Source of the DNA: Gilvimarinus gilvus
GTDB lineage: Bacteria; Pseudomonadota; Gammaproteobacteria; Pseudomonadales; Cellvibrionaceae
DNA: 64,000 nucleotides
Direction of reading: 5' to 3'
Assembly: GCF_033898585.1 (NCBI RefSeq)
Contig: NZ_JAXAFO010000007.1
Coordinates: 46,272-110,271, forward strand
Shown here: one piece after another, positions 19,557-28,600 of the stretch
Position numbering within the stretch: the first letter of the stretch is position 1
Layout: the number at the start of each line of letters is the position of its first letter
The notes under the pieces: generated by a model
Seen by the model: the letters and a program-made list of their open reading frames with translations, nothing else
Told to the model about the DNA's origin: nothing
Database searches by the model: none
Position numbers and translations under genes: made by a program

Positions 19557-22181
19557 TTAGCTATTGTTGGGCTCGGCCAAAGGCAAGCTGATAAAGAATT
19601 CACTGCCTTTGCCAAGTTCAGACTCAAAACTGATGCTGCCTTGCATTTTTTCTGTCAGCGATTTTGCAATGTATAATCCAAGGCCGGTGCCGCTCTTTTC
19701 CCGCGTGTCGGTGGAATCAGCTTGAGAGAATTTTTGGAAAATTTGTTTTCTAAAATACTCTGGCATACCCCGGCCTGAGTCCCGAACCGCAATCACGGCA
19801 TGTTTACCTTCTACGCCCACAGATACGATAACGCTCGCACCCTTATTCGAATATTTAATTGCGTTAGACAAAATATTTACAATGACCTGTGTCAAGCGAT
19901 GTGCGTCGGCCCGAATACAGGTGGCATCTGTCACGTGCTCTTGCCAACTTAACTCTAGGGTCACACCGAAACCATCCGCAAAGCCTTCAACTTGCTGAAC
20001 GACCTGTTTCACTATCGATACCAAGGGAACATCGCTGATTGCAATTTTTAGTTGATCAAACTCCAGCTTTTCAACATCCAATATATCATTCACTAAGGCG
20101 TTCAGGCGCTCGGTATTATTGCGGGCAATGGTAATCATGCTTTTTGCCTTAGCACTGATTTCACCCGTGACACCAGCCTCTACTAATTTCAAGGAGCCCA
20201 CAATAGACGTTAACGGTGTACGCAATTCGTGACTGACGGTACTGATAAATTCACTTTTTAGTTTTTCAGTTTTTTTCCGCTCGGTAATATCATGCAACAT
20301 CACTACATAGTAGGAGCCTTGACTCAATTCTACCGAGCTAATACCGACCTCTACCGCCACTCTTTCGCCATTTTGGGTAATTAATGTGGTATCAAAAACC
20401 GTATTGTTGTGTTCATCGAAGAATCGGCTAATAGTGACTTTTTCTCTGGCAAATGCCTCTAGCCATTCATCAATATGAGAGCCACTGATCGTCGCATCGG
20501 TTGTCGAGAACAGTGTTACAGCAGATTGATTGTGGCGATGTATTACACCGTTTGCGTCGACCGTTAAGATGACATCGGTTGCGCTGTTCAAAATAGACGA
20601 AAGTTCGGCGGTCCTTTCATCCACCAGTTCGCCAATACGTTCAGAACGAACACTCAGCGAAAGTAAAAAACCTCCCAGCAACGCACAAAAAAGAAAACCA
20701 CCCGCCAGCACCGTCCACGTTAGTGTACTTTTGTGCTTGGTAATAAACGTATCGGTAGGCTCTAACGTTATTTTCAACGCCGCACCTGCGAAGGGGTAGG
20801 TCTGCTCAAATCGCAACAATGGCGCCAATTGAGACAGCTTTGCGCTATCTAAAGTCGCGAGATTTTCTTGTTGGTTGCCAACATAATCTACCGCGACAGT
20901 AAATCCCGGGCTTGTACCGTAATCACTTATCAGCTTATTGATCAGTTCTTCCATGACAACGACGGCGGTGGCGAAGCCCTGAGTAGCGCTGAGTTGTTGA
21001 CGACTGACACCTTTTTTATATACAGGGTAAAAAATAAGTAACGCTTTACGTTGCACGGTATCTTGTACCAGCTGTATCGGTGAGGTCATCACCGCCTCGC
21101 CTGTATTTGCACTACGTACCAACGCTTCGCGACGATTTGCTATGGAACCGACATTGAAACTTTGCGCCATTTCATTGCCGACTTTCGGCTCTATATATTT
21201 TACGAAAATATAATCACTATGCTGTCCGGCACCTACCAACACGCCCTCTTCGGAACGCTCGCGAATCATCGCGGGCAAGCCTCGCGCTGCCAGGGCTCGC
21301 TCCTCTTTTGCACGTTCAGGGTGTGCAATGTAAGCATTCCACGATAGTGCATAGAACGCCGGATTGGTTTCCAACACATCCTGCGTAAAAACTGCAAAGT
21401 CCTGTTCGGTGACATCTTGTGAAGCTTGTAGCAAGCCATCAATACTTCTCAGGACTCCCAGTTGCCCCGCCAGAGCCGAATTGAAGTTTGCTGCGAACGG
21501 GACACTCAATTGATTAAAGGCCTTTTCTAGCCGATCAAGTTCAGCGGTATTAATTCTCACAAAAACAAGCGTCATTAAGCTCGTCGCTATGACAATAGGC
21601 AAACCAACGTGAAGAGCGCGTTTTCGCCATACATCCGCCGGTTTGCCAAACGCTACATACATCAAGGGTAACGCCAACATGACACCAATGCTGTCGCCGA
21701 TCCACCAGGTCCACCAGGTAACACCAAGGCTGCCGAGTCCCACAACCCCTGCTGCGTACAGAGCGGCGGTACAAAAGCTAGCACTGAGCACGCAAGCGAT
21801 AGGCCCTGTTGCCAAAAGCAGGGTCGCTATTTCGCCCTCGCGGGTAAACGCTTGTCGCTCTTTTAATATGACCCGGCTCAGCGCGTGAGCCACTGAAACC
21901 GCGAGTGTAGTGCCCAACGCGATACCAGACGCTAATAAGCCACCTTCTGTGGTGAGTGTTTGGTTACTCTGAAAGCTAACCGTCAGATTGAGCGCCAGCG
22001 ACCCCAAAAAGACTGCAGGCAATAGCCGTACGCCTACAAGCAGTACGGCGCCAATGGCAATCCCAATAGGTGGAAAAATAGCCGTGGCGAAACCAGGAGG
22101 AATGGCTAGCATGAGCGCCAATAGGCCCACCACCCAGTAAGCAACCACTAACGATAGGGATTGAATAAAAAACTTAAACAA
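19557..22181 (-). CDS. Sensor histidine kinase: MASE1 - CHASE - PAS - HisKA - HATPase_c (no receiver domain)
   Basis: N-terminal MASE1 polytopic domain. Periplasmic CHASE-like segment. H-box SHELRTPL. G1/G2 boxes (…RDSGRGMP…, …GTGLGL…). Confidence 0.8.
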   Translation of the reverse strand: MFKFFIQSLSLVVAYWVVGLLALMLAIPPGFATAIFPPIGIAIGAVLLVGVRLLPAVFLGSLALNLTVSFQSNQTLTTEGGLLASGIALGTTLAVSVAHALSRVILKERQAFTREGEIATLLLATGPIACVLSASFCTAALYAAGVVGLGSLGVTWWTWWIGDSIGVMLALPLMYVAFGKPADVWRKRALHVGLPIVIATSLMTLVFVRINTAELDRLEKAFNQLSVPFAANFNSALAGQLGVLRSIDGLLQASQDVTEQDFAVFTQDVLETNPAFYALSWNAYIAHPERAKEERALAARGLPAMIRERSEEGVLVGAGQHSDYIFVKYIEPKVGNEMAQSFNVGSIANRREALVRSANTGEAVMTSPIQLVQDTVQRKALLIFYPVYKKGVSRQQLSATQGFATAVVVMEELINKLISDYGTSPGFTVAVDYVGNQQENLATLDSAKLSQLAPLLRFEQTYPFAGAALKITLEPTDTFITKHKSTLTWTVLAGGFLFCALLGGFLLSLSVRSERIGELVDERTAELSSILNSATDVILTVDANGVIHRHNQSAVTLFSTTDATISGSHIDEWLEAFAREKVTISRFFDEHNNTVFDTTLITQNGERVAVEVGISSVELSQGSYYVVMLHDITERKKTEKLKSEFISTVSHELRTPLTSIVGSLKLVEAGVTGEISAKAKSMITIARNNTERLNALVNDILDVEKLEFDQLKIAISDVPLVSIVKQVVQQVEGFADGFGVTLELSWQEHVTDATCIRADAHRLTQVIVNILSNAIKYSNKGASVIVSVGVEGKHAVIAVRDSGRGMPEYFRKQIFQKFSQADSTDTREKSGTGLGLYIAKSLTEKMQGSISFESELGKGSEFFISLPLAEPNNS

Positions 22182-22463
22182 GCGGCGATCCTTAACTAGT
22201 TACCCGAGGCTATTAGAAATTGTAGTCTGATAATCTGGTGCCAAAGCAATATATCATCAGAACACCATAAACATTGCCCGGCGAAGGCTTGTGAGCATTG
22301 ATCGCCCGCAGCTTAAGAGCGCCCGCTTTCTCCAACTAGCTCAATTATTAAGCGCATAGGGCCACTTCGACACCAATAAAAGAACCACAACTGTTTTCGT
22401 TGGCGTATTTTTAAGCATGTCGCGCCAAATACGGCTATAGTCATTGCAACGATGTATTAAATT

Positions 22464-25058
22464 TTGGCAGTAGACAACCAATACCCTGCATATATGAATC
22501 ACCACTCATCCATTCGAGCGACTGCCAAACGCTGGGCCATTATTAGTGTCCTGATAGTGATCGTCACCATGCTACTCGTTGAGCTAAGCCTTGAACGCTA
22601 TATCGCTCAGGTGGAAGGTCAACAGCAGCAATTGATCGCTACCCAAGAGCTTAGCCGACTCAGTGCCGAACTCAGTGGTGTCCTCAACAATAATCTTTCG
22701 TTACTCAGCGGCTTAGCCGCGCATATTGCGATATACCCAGATATCAATCAGCGTGATTTTGAACGCTATGCCAGTACGATCTTTCGCCAGGAGCCTCTAC
22801 TGGTTAATGTTGCGGCTGCGCCCGATCTCGTTGTCGAACTGATCTACCCTCTGGATAACAATAATCGACGCGCCGTCGGTCTCAATTATCGAACCAATAT
22901 CGAACAGCTTCCCGCTGTGGCCAGCTTAACAAAACGCGGCGATATGATTTTGGCGGGACCGGTACAAATGGTGCAGGGTGGCGAAGCGGTTATTGGCCGC
23001 GCCGCAGTCATCACCGCAGACGATCAATTTTGGGGCATTGTTTCAGCGCCTATCTATACGCAAAAGCTTTATAAGGCAGCCGGTATACTCGACAGCAATC
23101 TCCCTGTTGAGATTGGCATACGAGGCTTCGACGGTAAAGGCCGTGACGGCGCCGTCTTTTTTGGCGACCCTTTACTGTTCGACGACCCTCTGACCCAACG
23201 CACAGAATTAACGGTTGCCAATGGCACTTGGCAACTCGCGGCGAGAACCAACTCGAACGTAACCGGGGGTCAGGGTACTACCTACTGGGCGCTGCGCCTG
23301 GCGATTTTGCTCATAGGTGCTACCTTAAGCGCTCTGGTTTTATATCGCTTTCGGCAAACGACACAGGAACAGGATTTTCAGATTGCTCTAAATAAAAATC
23401 AGACATTATTAGAAGAGGTGGGTAAGTTGGCGTTAGTCGGCGGCTGGCAGCTTACCCCTAGGCGAGACTCGTTAGTGTTAAGTCTTTGGAGCGAGCAAGC
23501 CGGGAACATCCTGTGTATGGATACCCCCAACCCCAGCTTAGCGGAGATACTGCGTAGATTTGACCCGAAGCAGGCTAATGACCTAGCCGGACATTTTAAA
23601 AAAGCCTCTCGTGGAAAACCCTTTGATGTAGAGCTACAATTCACGGCGCCAGATAGCGATCAACACTGGGTTAGATTCAAAGGAAAACCACTGGACGATA
23701 CTTCTCCGCCCTACACTGTTCTCGGCTCTGTACAAGATATAACTCAGCGTAAAATTATTACCAATAAAATTCAGCATCAGGCTATTTACGACCAACTCAC
23801 AGGTTTGCCCAATCGCTTGCTTCTTTCCAATCGTCTTAACAAAGCAATTCATCTGAGTCAAAGAAACGGCGAGAAACTCGCCATTTTGTTTATTGATCTA
23901 GACAATTTCAAGCCGGTGAACGATAACTTAGGCCACGCAATCGGTGATCAACTTCTCAGGGAGGTAGCTGCCAGAATCAAAAGCTGTGTCCGGACAACTG
24001 ATACCGTTGCCCGTTATAGCGGAGACGAGTTTATTGTCATATTGATTGATTTGAGCGACGGTAAAATACCGGTGAACATTTCTCAGAGTATTATATCTAG
24101 TATCAACAAGCCATTTTCTATCGATCAGAATACCATATTTTGTGGCGCTAGTATCGGAATATCGCTTTACCCGGATGACGGTACAAATGCCGAGTCGCTG
24201 GTATCAAACGCTGACAAAGCCATGTACGAGGTGAAGAGATCGGGTCGCAACGGCTGGCAGTATTTTACCAAGATCATGCAAATAGAATCGGAAAAAAAGC
24301 ATAATCTTACGACCCAATTAATTCACGCTATACAGAACCGAGAACTGAATGTTCATTATCAACCCATAATCGATTTAGCGTCGCACACCATTTGCAAGTG
24401 TGAAGCCTTAGTTCGATGGAGCAATTCGTCGACCAACATCACAACAGAAGCGTTTATTTCTCTGGCAGAGGAAACCGGTCGCATCAATGAGATTGACCGA
24501 TATGTATTACAGACCGCTAGTGACTATATTACGCAGTTAAACAGGCAGACCGGTAAAGACATAGGCCTTTCGGTTAACGTGTCGCCAAGGGTATTCAGTA
24601 GTAAAGACGATTCGTTAGAGTTATGGATAGCAATTATTGAAAAGGCAGCTCAAAATTTACACATTACTGTGGAAATCACTGAGCGCTTACTGATTGATGA
24701 ATCTGACCATATACTGTCAACCCTTAATAAGCTTAAGTCGTTGGGTGTAAGTTTAGCCATCGATGATTTTGGTACTGGCTATTCATCGCTCAGTTATCTA
24801 ACTCGCTTTCCTATCGACATTCTAAAAGTTGATAAATCTTTTGTCAGCCAACTGGGAGTGCAGAAAACACCTGAATCTCTAACTAAAGCCGTCCTCAGCC
24901 TTGCACACAGTTTGGGCTTGCAAGTAGTCGCGGAAGGCGTGGAAACCGATCGTCAGTTGGCTATTTTGATGAAATGGAACTGTGACTTTGGCCAGGGCTA
25001 TTTCTTTGGTAAGCCTATCCCCGGTGAAGAATTTTTATTGCTCCTCGAAGACAAGTAG
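22464..25058 (+). CDS. CHASE-type periplasmic sensor - PAS - GGDEF - EAL c-di-GMP turnover protein
   Basis: GGDEF (RYSGDEF). EAL (ECEALVRW, DDFGTGYSSLSYL, KVDKSFV). Confidence 0.85.
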   Translation: MAVDNQYPAYMNHHSSIRATAKRWAIISVLIVIVTMLLVELSLERYIAQVEGQQQQLIATQELSRLSAELSGVLNNNLSLLSGLAAHIAIYPDINQRDFERYASTIFRQEPLLVNVAAAPDLVVELIYPLDNNNRRAVGLNYRTNIEQLPAVASLTKRGDMILAGPVQMVQGGEAVIGRAAVITADDQFWGIVSAPIYTQKLYKAAGILDSNLPVEIGIRGFDGKGRDGAVFFGDPLLFDDPLTQRTELTVANGTWQLAARTNSNVTGGQGTTYWALRLAILLIGATLSALVLYRFRQTTQEQDFQIALNKNQTLLEEVGKLALVGGWQLTPRRDSLVLSLWSEQAGNILCMDTPNPSLAEILRRFDPKQANDLAGHFKKASRGKPFDVELQFTAPDSDQHWVRFKGKPLDDTSPPYTVLGSVQDITQRKIITNKIQHQAIYDQLTGLPNRLLLSNRLNKAIHLSQRNGEKLAILFIDLDNFKPVNDNLGHAIGDQLLREVAARIKSCVRTTDTVARYSGDEFIVILIDLSDGKIPVNISQSIISSINKPFSIDQNTIFCGASIGISLYPDDGTNAESLVSNADKAMYEVKRSGRNGWQYFTKIMQIESEKKHNLTTQLIHAIQNRELNVHYQPIIDLASHTICKCEALVRWSNSSTNITTEAFISLAEETGRINEIDRYVLQTASDYITQLNRQTGKDIGLSVNVSPRVFSSKDDSLELWIAIIEKAAQNLHITVEITERLLIDESDHILSTLNKLKSLGVSLAIDDFGTGYSSLSYLTRFPIDILKVDKSFVSQLGVQKTPESLTKAVLSLAHSLGLQVVAEGVETDRQLAILMKWNCDFGQGYFFGKPIPGEEFLLLLEDK

Positions 25059-25094
25059 ATCTGGCCGTTGTCTCAGAGTTGGAATATTCACTTG

Positions 25095-25607
25095 TTATCC
25101 GCAACCAAGTTTTTTTGTTCCAACTATTGCGGAAAAAATAATACCAGCCAATGCGCCGAACAAATGAGACTCAAAAGAGACACCTTCCCGAGTTGGTAGT
25201 ACTCCGTAAATCATCCCACCATATAGAAATACCACTAACATCGCGATAGCGAAACTCTTTAAACTTCGCTCAAACCAAGCAGCGACAATGAGAAAACTCC
25301 ACAACCCAAAAATCCAGCCACTGGCTCCTATGTGAACAGCGTTTCGTCCGAAAGCCCAAACCAGGGTACCGCCAACAACAATAATAAAGACACTGGCAGT
25401 AAAAAACTGACGAATTGAGCGCAGTAAAAAAATGCCGGCCAACACACTAAGGCCAATTATATTGTTAAGCAAATGACTGTAGCTTGCGTGGATAAACGGC
25501 GCCGTCAATACACCAAACCAGTGTTGTTTGTCGCGGGGTATGATTCCATATTGAATCAATTCCCCCCCCATACCTAGATTAATAATATGTACGGCGAGTA
25601 AAAGCAA
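25095..25607 (-). CDS. Rhomboid-family intramembrane serine protease. N-terminus uncertain.
   Basis: TM2 H…N motif (YSHLLNN), TM4 GASGW (GxSG), TM6 SHLFGALAG (His). TTG start from the ORF track. The in-frame hydrophobic stretch continues upstream, where no canonical start codon is available. Confidence 0.65.
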   Translation of the reverse strand: MLLLAVHIINLGMGGELIQYGIIPRDKQHWFGVLTAPFIHASYSHLLNNIIGLSVLAGIFLLRSIRQFFTASVFIIVVGGTLVWAFGRNAVHIGASGWIFGLWSFLIVAAWFERSLKSFAIAMLVVFLYGGMIYGVLPTREGVSFESHLFGALAGIIFSAIVGTKKLGCG

Positions 25608-25665
25608 AACCAGGCCTGCAATAATACGTAGGCGCAGGTATAGAGATTTTTCAACGGTAGTAATA

Positions 25666-28600
25666 CTAGCTCGTTCCTTTATTTGGGGTACTCGCCACTT
25701 CCGCCTCCAGTGACCTCAATTGGTTTGAAATGTCAGACATTTTTTCATGGGTACGCAAATCAATTTCAAGCTTCTTGTCCATACTCCTCACCAGAGGAAA
25801 TATACTATGCTCTATTGTCTCAGCTAGTACGGTCAGTACTTTGTCGATACCAGGCACAGGTTCATTGACAACTTTAATGGAGGGTTTTGACTTTTTCACG
25901 ACCTCTGACAGTTTATCTATCATTGCGGTTAGCGCTTCACTTGCTGCGGTATCACTGGATTCAACTTTTTTCGTATTGATCACAGCATTTGACAGGGTCT
26001 GTACCCCACTCACCAAATCAGCCAATTGGACGACTATCTTGCCGCCCGTATTTGCGTCATCGCCACCCATGGCTTTATTACGCTGGAAGTCTGTTTTTAT
26101 TTGCTGCCAACGCGATTGCTGCTCTGGGCTCATATTTCCGCGAATTTCAGCCAACTTCAGTAGGTTATCTTCTGCGCCTGTGGTTAATAACTGTGCCTCA
26201 CCCTGGTAGTGATCCTCAATCATTTGCATTAATTCGCGTTCGTTCATGACGGCAGATACCTTCTCCGTCATTTTGTTCATGTTCCGATAGCTACCTTGCA
26301 GCTTAAAGGGCGGCTCTGTTCGATATTTGTCGTTCTGCACAGCAGAGGCAATATACTGCTGGTTAATTTTGAGAATAACGTCTTGAATAACGAACATCTT
26401 TTGCAGTACTTGTTTGATTTCGTTAATTTCCGCCCCGCTATAGGAGTGGCTCAAGTCAGTCGTAGCAATGTTCACGCCTTTTGCCATATCGATGAGTTTA
26501 TAAACATCATTCATTTCTCGAACGGCTAGCGGTGCCAATACCGGATTGGACGTCAGCGCATTCTCAACGTAACTCAACGCAAACTGCTCGTCCATTCCAC
26601 CCAGTATATCGCCCAGATTGTATATATCCGCCCGGTTAGCAAGCATATCCGGAATTTTGAATGCCTCCCCTGATTCCGTGTAAGGGTTACCCGCCATAAC
26701 GACACAGAATTTTCTGCCACGCATATCATAGGTTTTTGTTCTTCCCTTCCAAACACCTTCTATACGCCGGGTACCATCACACAAGGATATAAATTTCTGC
26801 AGAAATTCCGGGTGTGTATGTTGAATATCATCTAAATACAGCATGACATTGTTGCCCATTTCCAGGGCCAGATTTAGCTTATACAACTCCTGTCTGGCGG
26901 TTGCGTTGGGAGCCTGGTCCGGGTCCAAGGACATTACGTCGTGCCCCAAAGAGGGACAGTTGATTTTCATGAATATCAACCCCAGACGGTTTGCCACATA
27001 TTCCATCAAAGTGGTTTTACCGTAGCCCGGAGGGGAAATCATCATCAACAGGCCCATAAGATCAGTACGCTTGTTTTCCCCCACCGTTCCCATTTGTTTT
27101 GCTAAATTGTCGCCAATTAGTGGCAAATAAGATTCGTTGATTAACCGGTTGCGCACGAACGAACTCAGCGGTCTTGGCTTATATTCCTCTAACCGCAATG
27201 CTTCGCGGTTGCGGCCAATTACTTCCTGTCGCAGGTTTAAATACTTCTGATAGGTAGGTATGACTTCGAATTTGTGTTGCTCCATACGCTGAAGGTAGGC
27301 GTCCAACGCAAAGCTTGTTTGTCTGTTTTCGATACGCGGGTGATCGCCGAGTAATCCGTTAAACGTCAGCTCCAGATCAGCCTCCGTAAAACGTCGCTCC
27401 AACCTCTCATCGGCGTTAATAAGCGCTACTGCTTCCGGTATATAACGGCGCAAATGCTCCAAGTCCTTTTCCACGATGAGCGCTTGCAACCATGCCACGG
27501 ATAGATTCCAGCGCTCCGCTGGCCAACCCATCATTTTTTCCAGCGCCATCTGGTAGCGGCGCCAGGTATTATCGTCCATAGACCGCTTGAGCTCTTCGGC
27601 TAGCTGTGTTGCGTACTTACTGCCAATAAATTCAACACGTTCGCGGCTAAGCTCTGCGACTAGATAGTCCGCAGCCCGGCGAATATCAATACTCGATACC
27701 GGTATTGGGTGACGCTCGATGAAAACACAAAGTGCTTCGCGCACTTCAGTCGCTAAAAGCTCGAGCGCCTCTGTACTGGCAAATACCGTTTGCATGTGCG
27801 ACGCAGACTGAGCGCGTTCTGGCCAGGTGTTAAAAGACAATAATTCGCGCTCGGATTGTTTCGGTTTACGTTTTACCTGGCTGTTTATATTTGCCCAGAA
27901 TATTTGGGCTAAACCGCGACTCAATGGATCAAAACGCAGGAGGTCTGCGCGCTCCAGTGCGGGCAGTATTTCTTTCAGCAAGACGACCGCATCGTGATCA
28001 TGAATACCTCTTTCATACCCCTCTTTGTACCTGGGAGCGGCAAAGTCCTTCACAATTGTCGCCAGCACGTCCTCGTCAAGAAGCCCTTTGTTTAACTTGT
28101 CCAGCGAGAGGCCATGTTGCTGCTTATGAGCCGCATCAATAATGAGCGACGCCAAAAACTCTCCGCGATAAACGTCCGGCGTTTCAGACTCCAGAGATAG
28201 ATCCCAGAAGTCTTCTGAATCCTGTAGACCGGGATCTTCCACCGGCTCAAAATAATTTGTTCCTGTTAAATGTAAGTTCAGTTTTCCTTCGCGCGGTATT
28301 ATCGTAAGGTCAAGCTCCTGGGTGTTAACTGAAAACTTGTGGCGGGGGCCCAGCTTAATAACATTGCCACCATCTTCAAAAATGTCACTTTTATCGCGCA
28401 ACGACCGCAGCGCTTGCTCTTTAATTGCTTTATAGCGCGACTCAATATCATCGGCTTTTACCGAGCTGTCGAGTTCGCGCAACTGTTCTACCAGCTCTTT
28501 TGACTTTAGTACGAGCGCGTCTGACGCGAAATAAGTATTTAACTTGTCTGAATCTGTGAATTTTAACGAACGTTTTTCGACACTCAGCAAAATACGCTCT

